Assembly: GCF_024521635.1 (NCBI RefSeq)
Contig: NW_026250435.1
Span: 62,001 to 126,000, forward strand
Reading direction: 5' to 3'
Length of the DNA: 64,000 nt
From: Tricharina praecox
Taxonomy: Eukaryota
Within the stretch, counting starts at the first letter, position 1. Every line of letters begins with the position of its first letter. Under the pieces are notes generated by a model. The model made no database searches. It was not told the DNA's origin and saw only the letters and a list, made by a program, of their open reading frames with translations. This document shows positions 22,077-33,208 of the stretch, piece after piece. The position numbers and the translations under genes were made by a program.

Positions 22077-24252
22077 CTGGGAGCTGAACCGGATGGCCAC
22101 ACCGTGGAGGTCCATCCAGGGGATTCTGAGTACAACGGGGTAGTGGCCTAGTTTGGTGACAAACATAGGGATTTCCTTCTGGTGTTCCTGTATGGACAGG
22201 GTGGTGGTGGCAACATGTGTGATGTCACCTGACTCGATGGGACGGCCATCGATGACTTCGAGACTTCGCGGGGATTTCAGGGGTACGAGGGGTAGGTGGT
22301 GATGGCGGGCGAAGTCTTTGTCTACAAATGCAATTCTGGTTGCCCCACAATCGATCAGCGCATGCGTGGCAATGATTTTGTCACCAAACGAAAGGTTACA
22401 CAATACAACAAGATGTTTTCCTTCCATTGATGATTCTTCCACAACCATTCCTGACACTGAGAGACTAGACAAACAAAAAATAGGGGACATAGGAGACAAA
22501 GACTTATCCTGGGTACGACCAACAACAGTGCCATCAAGCGGTTGTTGGTTTAGGCTTTTCCCGACTGCTGGGAGGTCTCGCCGCAATCCTGGTTGCAGTT
22601 GTGATAGGTGTGAGTCGGGGCAACGGCTGCTCGGAACGGATTTCGGTTCTTGTTGGGGCAGTGCCTGGCCATGTGGCCACTTCCCCCACAGTACAGGCAG
22701 CGGCCTTCGCGGAGCCGGGCAACACGCTCTTGGTCTGGGATCCTGCGGCTATTGGCACTCAAGCCCATAGCTCCGGGGGCCGTTCCTGTGGCAGTGGTCG
22801 TCGCGGGCATGGTGTTGTGGGTGGTGTGCCTGGGCGGCGCCGTGGGGTGTGGGGCGCTACTCTGCCAAGGGGGGTTGGTGGTGCGGCGTCCCTCACGGAG
22901 TTGGAGGGCACGCAGCTCGGAGTCAAGGCGTTGACAGAGGGCCACAGACTCATCGTAGTTGAGGCCCTGAGTACGGCCCACAGGTTGCCGGTGGAGTTCG
23001 ATGGATACTCCTTCTCGCAGCGCGTCAAGTTTCGCATGCTCGTCCCAATTGAGCTTGGAGACAAGCATCTGGAATTCCGCAAAGTAGGAGGTGAACTCCT
23101 TATTGCCTTGTTTCAGGTGGTGTAGCTTGGCTCGAGCTGTGGCCGCTGGGTCAGGGTCACCAAATGCGTTGTTCAGGAGTGTGATGATCGCATCAGCGTC
23201 GGTGAGGGTGATGTTGTGATTCTCGATGTACGGCAGGATCTGGGCTTGGGCGCGGCCTTCCAAGCGGTTGAAGGCATAGGCCATTCAGAGTGCTGGAGTT
23301 GGGAAACGGGCTGGGCCGCTGTACAGCTTGAGTGAAAGTTGCGCAACGAACCCTTCCAGTTTCTCGCGTGTTCTGTCGAACATGGCTGGGTCTGGGACAC
23401 GCTCAGCACGGCTTTGAGGTTGGGTTTCGACGGTGGCGAGGCGGTTGGCGATGCGGCGGGCGTCAGCAAGTTGTTCTTCGAGGTCGTCGAATCGCCAGGT
23501 TGGTACGGCTATTGGGGACAGGGTGATTGCGCGGGCGAGGATTCTGAATTCGTTGTACAACCCCATCAGGGTTGCATCATGGGCGGGTGCATCATGATTA
23601 ACGATGATTTCGAGTTGTTCGTAGATGGCGGCGGCAATTTCTCGGTAGAAGGTGGGTGCCACTGGTATTTCGTCCTGCTGGGGGACGTTGGGTAACTGAG
23701 TGTTGGTGGCCATGGTAGTTCGCTAGGTGGAGAGATAGGGGACGCAACAAAGTGTAACGGCACGGTCGGGCAAGGCTCCAGGTAGCGAAGTCGGGCTGGG
23801 GACCGGGTTCTGGGTTCGGCAGAGGCAAGACGGGTTCAGGGGACAAGGTGAGGCAGGGCTCAGTGCAGACGGCAACTGAGAACAGAGGCAGGGACAAGGA
23901 CTACGGCGCAGACGGCAGCCGAGGCAAGGACAGAGGTAACAGTGATTGAATTAACAAGTTGTTGCGTGAAGAACTAAATACAGAGGGGCAACGGCCCGTT
24001 TATATAGAAAATCCTCCACTTCTTCCCGCAACCTGACAATGACCGTGGGCGTGTGCCAGACCCTGAGAAATCCACCTTGCCAGTACCTCACTTCCGTGAC
24101 CCATACCCTGCGCAGCCGCACTACCCCTGCTTCCTGCACACAGCCCCAATCTCCTGCGACTCATTACTGCGCTATCCCTGCTCCCTGCACACAGCCCCTA
24201 ATCCTCTGCAACTCATCCTTGCACTGCCGGTGCATTGCCTGTGCACTGCCTC

Positions 24253-24363
24253 TGTCACAGTTCAGAAATCCTGGCCTTAAGTAGCTACTGGGATGATGGC
24301 CATCAGCCATCAAAATACCTTTTGGTCGAGTGGTATAGTACTTTCCCAGTGTACTTTATTACA
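24253..24363 (+). mobile_element. Solo LTR of the TRIM (111 bp), TSD GCCTC, inside the A2 5' LTR
   Basis: Reverse complement of the TRIM LTRs; GCCTC at 24248-24252 and 24364-24368. Confidence 0.95.
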
Positions 24364-24427
24364 GCCTCCACACTCTCCCGATCCTTGCGCCGACCCTCCC
24401 TTCGTCATTCTGTCGCGAGCCCTGACA

Positions 24428-24854
24428 TGCGCTGCCTGTGCACAGCCTCCCAACTCTCCTGATCCTTGCGCTGACCCTCTCTTCGTCATTCCGTCGCGAG
24501 TCGTGACACAGAGGGGCGTCGGCCCGTTTATATAGGAAATCCTTCACTCCTTCCTGCAACCTGACAATAACCGTGGGCGTGTGCTAGACCCTGAGAAATC
24601 CTCCTCGCCGATACCCGCTCCGGTGACTCAAACCCTGCGCAGCCGCGCTACCCTCGTTACCGGCACACAGCCCCAATCCCCTATGGCTCATTCCCGCATT
24701 GCCGCCCGCGCTGCCCCCGCGCTACCTTCCGACCCCTGTTCTGACTCGTCCTCGAACGTTCCGACCTGAGCGGTGACACTATTCTGATCACCCGAACTAT
24801 CTAATCACATCTCTTGCGTGTGTCGTGACCTCCGATACCTATCGGGGTGTCACA
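24428..24854 (-). mobile_element. Stack of three older LTR 5'-end remnants: family A (24428-24508), diverged A-like (24509-24778), family B (24779-24854)
   Basis: Each ends in gtgaca or gtcaca on the + strand and aligns by eye to the intact LTRs in this window. Confidence 0.85.
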
Positions 24855-25438
24855 TTTGGCACTACAGGGAAGTTGGTCTTGTGAGGATTGCAACTTATTT
24901 TTCTGTCTTGAATGTTTGGGAAAGCTTCATGAGAAGGGAAGTGGGAATATAAGCTGTTTGATAAATCATGTTTCAGAGCCTGTTTGTACTAATTTACACA
25001 TGTTGCTTTGTGGAAGAGCGCACTCGCTGAATGCCTTTTATATCACTCGTTGCCAACCTTTTTGCGTCAGCCCAAATTGGGCCAAGCTAGGAGATGCAAC
25101 AAATATACTACTGCCAAACATGTAGGGGCTATCATAGATATCACCCGAAGTAGGTACCTCACATTATCTGCTGTTTTTTTCCTGGTACGTATGATACCTC
25201 CCGCATATATAGAATTCGCAATGTGGACCAGACTCTGATTACATCTGAATTGGTATCTTGATGATGAGGATCAAACCTATTCCTCCACCGACCTCACGCC
25301 GATACATACAGTACCGATCAATTCGTCACAGAGTGGTCGGGAAAAACGGCAGGATTGCCGCCTCTGTGGACGATAATGCACGTATGCATAACAACAGGGT
25401 ACCGGTAAAGCAGAAAGGCGAGACCATATAACGAGTGA

Positions 25439-25551
25439 CAGTGTTCGACACAGTCCGGTCGGAACTGCAGTCTGGACTATACGGACTGAAAAGATTCAGC
25501 CCAGTCCAGTCCGAGGCCAAGGACGGACGGACCGGACTATGTCGAACACTG
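25439..25551. mobile_element. hAT-type MITE, 113 bp, ~22-bp TIRs, 8-bp TSD ACGAGTGA
   Basis: CAGTGTTCGACACAGTCCGGTC...GACCGGACTATGTCGAACACTG; ACGAGTGA at 25431-25438 and 25552-25559. Confidence 0.9.
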
Positions 25552-25776
25552 ACGAGTGACAGGAAACCGTCCAGCGAAACCTGCGATCCGTCCGTGGCTC
25601 GCCCTGGAAGTGCCCTGGAATTGCCGTGGATTCAGGACTGGATTCGCCAGGGAAATGCCCTCTCGCTACAGTGGATTCAGCATCCCTGCTCCCCACCCTG
25701 CTCCTCGCCCCGCTCGACCTACTGCCCACGATGCAGCCAGCGAGCTCGGCCTAGAAGCGAATCCTGTACTCGTACG

Positions 25777-26016
25777 CTCCAGTCCGTCCAGACGCATGGA
25801 CGGGATTGGACTAGATACATCCAGTCCGTCCGGAGGTGTCTGTCGGACTGACTAGTCCACCGGTAAGGCCGGACGGGACGGACTGCAGTCGACTGCAGTC
25901 CAAACCCCGTTGAACAAATTGGCGGACGGGACGGACTACTTTTATCCCGTCCTCCAAAAGGCACAGTCGGGACTGGATCTTGGCAGTCCGTCCCGTCCAG
26001 ACTATGGAGAACACTG
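25777..26016. mobile_element. One-ended hAT-type remnant with GGAC/GTCC subterminal repeats
   Basis: Right TIR ..AGACTATGGAGAACACTG; CTCGTACG at 25769-25776 and 26017-26024; left TIR absent. Confidence 0.75.
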
Positions 26017-27153
26017 CTCGTACGCGCGCTCGGAGACGCCTAGGGACCGACAGCAGTGGTGCCGTGAGCTGGGCCGGGAATGAACATATCGGCGATGACG
26101 AGGAGGAGAGGAGGACGATGAGGGCTAAACTCAGCGAGGAAGACGAGGAAGATGATATCTCCAATAGTGCAGACTACGCGTGGCGGAGCGTCTGCGGTCT
26201 TCACCAAGGAGAATGTTGGAACATTTAGGTAGATGAGAAGAGATAATCCATTCGATTCAGCAATAACATCAGCGGTGAGGTCTATCTTTAGATACATTAT
26301 ACATACAGACTGAGGTGCCGCCGGAGGGTCCTCGGCCCCGACAGCAATTCCCACTGAGTCTCGACCAAGCAACCAAAAAACAACAGCAGTTCATGTAGTA
26401 CATAATTCAGCACCCGGCCCGTCATTAACAAATAAAAAGTGACCAATCCCGGCCGCAACATCTCTCCCATCCCCCCCCCCCCCCCCCCCCTTTTTTTTTC
26501 TTCTGTTTAATCAGTAATTGCATGCGACCTATCTAGATCATGGCAATATCGCCCCGTTCACCCCCCCCCCCGTTTCCACGCCACTGTCCAACCCAGCTTT
26601 CACTGAGCGGCCCGATGTGGCTTTCCCTGCCCTCCGCCCTGGCAGTTCCCAAAAGTATATCTCCGCCATTTACCCCGCGCCCGCACTTGATCGGCACCGA
26701 ACTCAAACCCCCGCCCGCACTCGACCCCCCGACCGCACTTACCCTCGCGCCCTCGAGTCTTCCCACCTCGCCGCACTTCTCTGGTCCGCTATTCTACGTC
26801 GCCTGGCTCCTCCTCCTCCTCGAGTCGCCTCAGCTCCGCTCGCTCTTCCCGCTCCCTCAGCTCCCATTCCGACACCTCACTTCTCCCATCCCGCCTAACG
26901 AAGTAAGTCAAACAACATGGGAAATAACACAAGCTAAAACACAGCTTCAGGGCCCCGGGTAGGCTATTAAGAGATGCGACGTGGCCAAGATGCACGACCG
27001 CTCCCAACCCCTTCACCCCTTGCTGAATGAACCCAAACAATTATTGCACGCACCCCATGTGGAAACACAGCTCCGGAGCAGAACACATCATGACGGCATC
27101 AAACACCGCCTAGTCAGAGCACATAGCGTCTGCCACGCGCACCTCCGCTTCAA

Positions 27154-28467
27154 TCACACCATCGCCGGAGCCGCCTTCCAGTCCCCGGCGGGTAAAAAGA
27201 ATGCCCGATTGAAAACCGGTACACAAACTTCCAGATCGACGTTGGAGGACTTTGCCGAACCCGCCGCAAAAACACAAGCGAGCCATTCGACGTGGCGATC
27301 GTAGACGCCACCAAATATCGTCGAGGGAATCTTCGCCGACTCGGAGATGTTCACGACGGTGGACAAGTGGCGCATCCAGCCATGGTGTATCGTGAACAGT
27401 TGCCCCAAGTCGTAAGCGTCGCGATAGACGTTGCTCGGAAGCGCACCATCAGCGATGAGGAACCTCACCGCCGCAGCCGCCCGTTCTTTGAGCAACCCAA
27501 TGTACTCATACACGCGGATGAGTTCCAGCTGAAAAGGGGGATTTTTGTGTGCCTTTAGTGCGTACTTGGTGCACTCCACTAAAATCACCTCAAATCGAAC
27601 CACCGGGCCACACTGTAGCTGTTTCAACTCCTGTTCTAGAAGCCCGCGGATATGATCGGCCTTGTACGGCGGGATATCACCGAAAGTAGCCAGCACGTTT
27701 TTTATCAACCAGTTCTCGACCTGGCGCAGAAAGTCGGGCTTTTCCGCAGCATCCATATGGCGTATGAAAGACTGAGCGACAGGTGCTGCTACGGGAATCC
27801 AGTCGTCGATACAGTGATTCCATAGTGTTTGCCTGCCACCTTCCAACATGGGCTTTGATTGTCCCTCGTGGCTATTGGCATCGACGAACGCCATTCTCGC
27901 CGCAACCCGCTTATGATGCACCCGCAAGGTGCGGTCCGGATCAGGACGAATCTCGGTCAGAAATTCAGCGGCGTGCAAACTACATCTGTAGAAGTTCGAA
28001 AACGTGCGGTACACCTGGCTCTTCTCCTTCGGTCCGCAAGCCATGATGTGAATGGCGTTTTTGTCCGGAGGAATCTGTCTAGTAATGCCAGGCCACATAC
28101 CTGCGTAGCAGGCGGTAGTCACGATAGAAACCCTGGAATCTCGGGGGATGCCCTTCAGAGCATTGTATATTTCCAACTTGGTAACATATTCGTCGTCAAG
28201 CATCGCGTAACCGTCTGCGGCACCGTGGGTAAGAATGCACACAAGCAGCGAGTCCCCACTCTTAAGCATGCGCACGCTCTCCACCATCTGCTCCAAAAAT
28301 TCCTTTTTGAGCACCCCCCGCTGGGATTGTAAGTTTCGCTCACTCGAATGTACGCCTGCGACGCGAGTGTTTCGCTGAGCGAGGTAATGCCGCATCAGAG
28401 CGATGATGTCGGTTGTCATGGCGACATCCGCGGAACGTCCGCCGTTGACGACGATCACGTACTTCAT
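27154..28467 (-). CDS. Putative caspase-hemoglobinase-fold (clan CD) cysteine protease, ~437 aa
   Basis: GDSLLVCILTHG (His) and RVSIVTTACYAG (Cys) with caspase/legumain-like spacing. Likely ATG at 28467 after a GTAAGA..GCTGAC..AG upstream intron. Confidence 0.65.
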   Translation of the reverse strand: MKYVIVVNGGRSADVAMTTDIIALMRHYLAQRNTRVAGVHSSERNLQSQRGVLKKEFLEQMVESVRMLKSGDSLLVCILTHGAADGYAMLDDEYVTKLEIYNALKGIPRDSRVSIVTTACYAGMWPGITRQIPPDKNAIHIMACGPKEKSQVYRTFSNFYRCSLHAAEFLTEIRPDPDRTLRVHHKRVAARMAFVDANSHEGQSKPMLEGGRQTLWNHCIDDWIPVAAPVAQSFIRHMDAAEKPDFLRQVENWLIKNVLATFGDIPPYKADHIRGLLEQELKQLQCGPVVRFEVILVECTKYALKAHKNPPFQLELIRVYEYIGLLKERAAAAVRFLIADGALPSNVYRDAYDLGQLFTIHHGWMRHLSTVVNISESAKIPSTIFGGVYDRHVEWLACVFAAGSAKSSNVDLEVCVPVFNRAFFLPAGDWKAAPAMV

Positions 28468-31076
28468 CTTCTTTGTGGATAACAGTGTCAGCATGAAGAG
28501 AGATTTGGAGAAAGAATATCTTACCACTTCCAGTATACTAGCGAATCCTGCCCAGCGGATGTAGGAAGAGCTGGGGGGAGGAGAGCAGCAGCCGGAAGAC
28601 ACGGAGATGATGGGTAGGCTTGTTGGCGCGGATCGACAGGCGAGGTGTTCACGCGTTCAACAATCGGGATTCACAGTTTAAATAGTCGTCGGTGACTGTG
28701 TTGTGTCAAGCTTTGTATGCTGGCCCCCGGGAGATGTTGTCACGAATAAGGTTCCACGGCGGGCGGTCGAGACCTAGTGCTGTCAGGGGCGGGGAACTTT
28801 CGGCGGCACCTGTATGGTAAACGGAGACTTCGCCGCCGATGATATTATTGCTGTATGGAATGGATTTCCTCTGTCCGTCTACCCAAATATTACAACATGT
28901 TGGTTGGAGGTTGATGGTTGAGGTTGTGAAGGTGCTAGGATAGTGTTCTTCTATTGAGCAGTAGGAAAGAGCATGTGGACCTTCGAAGGTTCTGAGCCAG
29001 TGCGACTAACACTCTAAAGCTTGGGCTTTCGCCCATGGCCCGGTGCACGGCTTGTTTGTAGATCGGGACGATGGGGGAGATGAAAAGTGGGGTTGATGGT
29101 GGGCGAACGATTGGTTGATGGTGATGATCTTGGTCTCGGTCCAGAAGAAGGTAAACAAGAGAGTCCCCCAGCTCCGCTCCTCGTCCCCTCCACCCCGGCC
29201 AGGTGTTAAACCCGACCCATCTATACACAGGCCACGGGGAATGGGTCTTTGCTTAGCCCACTGGGCGGATACTGAAGGGGACCGGGGCCGCAGATGGCCC
29301 ACAGCCAATTTGTGCGGAAGAGTTGTAGTCAGGGTGTGTAGAGCGAGTCACAGGTCAGACGAAGAAATCAATTATTATTTAAAGTAATGAAGCGAGTCAA
29401 AAGACCCGATAGAATAAGTGGCACACTTAGAGAAATCAGGGGAGAACTTGTCTCGAGAAGGTGGCGGTCAGAGAAAGATAATTAACAAGCGGCCTTCCTC
29501 CCAAGAAAAGTGGGCACTCCCCCGATTAAATACAACCAAGCGGCGAAAATTAGCCGACCCCGCTAGACGTCGTCGGGAGATAATATTGATTTCACCGACC
29601 CTAGGCCGTCACGCCATCGCCAAAGTTGATAGAAAGGAGCAAAACAAAACAAAACCGACGCGCAAAAAAGAAGAGGCTCATCCCAGCAGCACCCTGATCC
29701 GCCAACCAGACCAACGTCTTGGCGCTAAAACCTTCCCAAGGTCCGCAGCCAAGGGTCGGATAGAAGCGCCCAGACGTCAGTCCTGGCCACATCCCACAAT
29801 ACGCTACATAGCGGGGAGCCTGATGGGATTCTTGCGGCGTTGACGAGGATGTAATGCTGACACCCTCGGCGGTATGGGTGCGGTGGATTACATAGGGCGG
29901 GCGGCGAGCGCCGAGTGGTGAGATGATCCGCGTGGGAAACAAACTTAAACTAAGGAAAATGGTGTCCACGGTCGATTCGTGGGTGGAATATCTATGGAGC
30001 TAGAATCTAGATCCCGGTGAGGGGAGGATGATGTGAGAAGACTCACAAGGGTTATACCTTAAAGCTTATGGTAGGGTGTGCGCAGAGATCGGCAACGTCT
30101 AATCTATTATGATGTACTTTTAGTGGCAACGGTGAGGCATGAGTTTAAACTTTGAGTGGAACGGGGTTCCGTCTCGACGGATGGGAGGGTCTCTGGCATC
30201 ATGGCTCTTTGAGGGATAGAGTATCTTCCGCGGTCCGGCGTTTGGTCGCGACGTTCGGATCGTAGAAGCAGATGGTATGTAAATAAAGCTCACGTGAGCT
30301 CGTATGGTCGCGAAAGGGGGGCAATAGTTACATCGGGCTCTTTGTTTCGAACTGTCTGAGCGATGCTTGTTGCTTTCACGGAGCTTCTAGAATTCCACAA
30401 ACAGAATCCTCTTATCTCGCGTCTGTGCGGCCCTGTCATCTTCAGGGCTGGAGCCTTGTGGTGGTAGTCTGTGTCACCGTGTTTGAGTGTGTGAGTGTGA
30501 TTGCGTCCACGCGGAGAAAACAAACATAATCCCGCACCTGGCTCCGTGGACGCGCTGACTGTTTCGCGGACACTAGAATAGTACGTTTCAAACTTTCAAG
30601 ACCTTGGTGAAGATCTGGGCGGGTTGACAGCTATGGTATGGTATGTCCATACCAGTATCTATATGTACGCCTCCGATAATTTCCTCCGACGGTCAAGACG
30701 CCCTTCCGTCGCAGGGAAAAACTGCCGCGTTGGTGGCATCCTTGTCTCTGGCCGGTTATTGGCTGCAGCTTATGCAACGATCTCCGTGAATCTTCGCGAC
30801 TAGACGTGCAGCTCGTTAGGGCATACAGTACGGTACATCACGATACTTCAGAGGAGGAGGAGGACCCAGGAGGAGGATCACTGAGCGCAAAGGCGAGGCA
30901 AGCGCCTTCCCCTGAACAATTATGCATCTCGGTGGAGATGCTGCCGACATACGAGGCCGCGAGAAGGCAGCCAATCGAACGTCATTTTTCTAGGGAAAAA
31001 TATCCCAGCTATATAGGGCGGGCATGTTGACGAGTTGTGGCGGCCATTCAACGACGACGAAACAACTGGCAGAACG

Positions 31077-32762
31077 ATGGAACCGATCACCTATCACGTC
31101 GCCAGCCAGTACTTGGTCTCAGAGGGGCTCGAGGGCTTCCTCGAAGCCGACCGCATGATGTCGCGCCGCGAATCATGCTTCTGTGCGCCCGAGCACGAGC
31201 ACGAGATGCCGCACGCAGCTGCGGCCCGCCACCAAACTGTGAGTCCTATGTGTCACGTGCCGACCGCACACTTGCTGATCCTGAAGGTTCCCGCTCTCGC
31301 GCTGCGCGCCGGATTGGCCGAATCCGATGATCAGCCGGAAATACCGCGAGACGTGCATGATCACCAGGTAGGGATCACCGTCGAAGCAGCCGACCCGGTC
31401 CCGTCCGCCGCCGGGATAAGCGAGGCAATGACGGCCGGCGCCCGAGCGGGTGCTCCCGCAGAATCGTGCACAGTGCTGTACCTCGGCGACGGAGCCGCGC
31501 TGTGCCAGAGCAGTAGGGAAGACATCCAGAGGACGAAGGCATCCTTCGGTCCGTCGTCGTCGGCGCTCTCGGCCGACGGCTGCGGTACCGCCGAGACCAC
31601 CGTAGGTCCCCCGTCGGCGATCCACGCGATTGCGACGGCCGGCAATACCCTGTGCTATGTGGCGATATGCGGCGTCTGCTACATCTCCGTCGGACCGTGC
31701 ATATCATCAGAGATCGTGCGAGCGTGGCAAGCGCACACGCTGAGAGTGAGTGAGCTCACACTGCAATGAAGGCGCGAAATCAATCTGACATCCCCACAGT
31801 GCCAGGGTGAAGAGAGCTCTCGGGGTTCCCGCTCCGAATCCCCGCCGCTGGGCCGCTGGCTCGACACGCCCTCCCAGGAAGACGCCGATCTCGACGCCAT
31901 AGCCTCAGCCGCCAGTTCTAGCTACGGCACGCCTCCGCCACCTCCCGGCTACGTCCCCTCACCCTACCTCTCGCCATACCCCGACCGCGAAGCCGACGCG
32001 CGCAGCAGCATCGGCGGCTCCAGCGGCGCCATCTCCGGTTCCTCGGTGCTCTCCTCTCCGAGCAGCAGCGGCATGCGTTCCGTCGGCTCGCGCAAGACTC
32101 TCGCGAGCCGGCGTCGCGCACGCCGACGGAAGCCCTCATGCACGTTCACACACACGCCGGTTCCCTCGCACCCCGGCGACGCCGTCGCCGACGGCGCGCC
32201 ACGCTTCACCTGCACGTTCTGCAGCCGGGTATCGTTCCCAACGGTGGGGAACTGGACGCGGCACGAGGAGGTGGTGCACCTGATCCTCAAGAAGTGGATC
32301 TGCGCGCCGGACGGGGCGCGAACGCGGCAGGGGAACTGCGTCTACTGCCGGTGCGGGCCCTGCGATACGGCGAAGTGCGAGTATTCCTGTCGCAGCCGCT
32401 GCGCGGAGAAGGGGGAGGACCAGCGCACGTTCGCGAGGAAAGACCACCTTAAGCAGCATCTGATGACTGTCCACCGCGTCCGCTGGAGTTCGCCGTTTAA
32501 TCGCTGGTTCGTCGATACTGGATTGCCGGTGCGCTCGAGATGTGGCTTCTGCGGAGAGTGCTTCGATAGCTGGGCTATGAGGAAGAAACATGTCGCCGCT
32601 GAGTTCAAGAACGGCAGGAAGATGAGTCAGTGGCGCGGCGATTGGGGGCTGACCCCCGATTGGGCGAGGAAACTCGATAATGCTGTCCTGCCAGAGTTGG
32701 TGTTCGCCGTAAAGGTTACCGACGATGATCTGGCGTTTTTGGAGTGCAAGGTCGTGGAGTAA
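31077..32762 (+). CDS. C2H2-type zinc-finger protein (fungal homeobox/C2H2 TF-like)
   Basis: Introns ~31239-31286 and 31747-31799 (GTGAGT..CTGA(C/T)..AG) join in frame; PLGRWLDTP, FTCTFC..NWTRHEEVVH, RTFARKDHLKQHLMTVH, SRCGFCGECFDSW, WRGDWGL. Confidence 0.8.
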
Positions 32763-33208
32763 TGATACACCTACAGCCAAGTTCTCTGAGGGAGAGAGAT
32801 GCGGTCCATAGGTATTAGGAGAAACTGGTCCTGCGAATGTGGTCAGATTATAGATGTATGTACATATTTACGGCAACCGCCTAGACGGAGGAGCGTGAGG
32901 TTCGGAGCGCAGGCACATTCCGGCGTTGGTGATTATAAGGAACTCGGGGGGACCCAGAACTGACCACCGGGAAGTCAGCTGGGCACGATGGCACATAGAT
33001 ACAGGTCCCCCGAGTGGACACGGCGGACAGGAACCAGTGGCCTTTCTTTCAAGGTGACCTGGATGTATGATAGAAAACGTGCGGTATGTAATTCTATAGA
33101 ATAGATGCCTGGGGGCTTCTACTTGTCCTTGTATATACCATGTCGAATGCGCCGGGAATGCGCCATCTACCACCCGTAGCGCAAAATCAATCATCATGAA
33201 ATGTACTG

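Larger units (their letters stand above)
20911..24427 (-). mobile_element. Family A element copy A2 (decayed): 5' LTR 23753-24427 containing a TRIM solo LTR, gag with internal stop, PR interrupted by the TRIM, RT truncated by A1
   Basis: Colinear with A1; CGA->TGA at 23285-23287 splits gag (22550-23713); in-frame deletion near the gag end. Confidence 0.92.

Noticed and set aside
24847..25125. B-box-like CEDCNLFFCLECLGKLH peptide
   Set aside because: Short, GTG start inside the LTR end, AT-rich with no extendable frame seen; at most a decayed fragment
25439..26016. CRISPR-like or iteron-like repeat array (GGACGGACT motifs; also 41218-41971)
   Set aside because: Irregular spacing, bounded by TIRs and 8-bp TSDs; these are hAT subterminal repeats in a eukaryotic context
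26500..30000. Gasdermin or NLR partner beside the caspase-like protease
   Set aside because: No ORF with recognisable gasdermin, NACHT or HET features in the flanks
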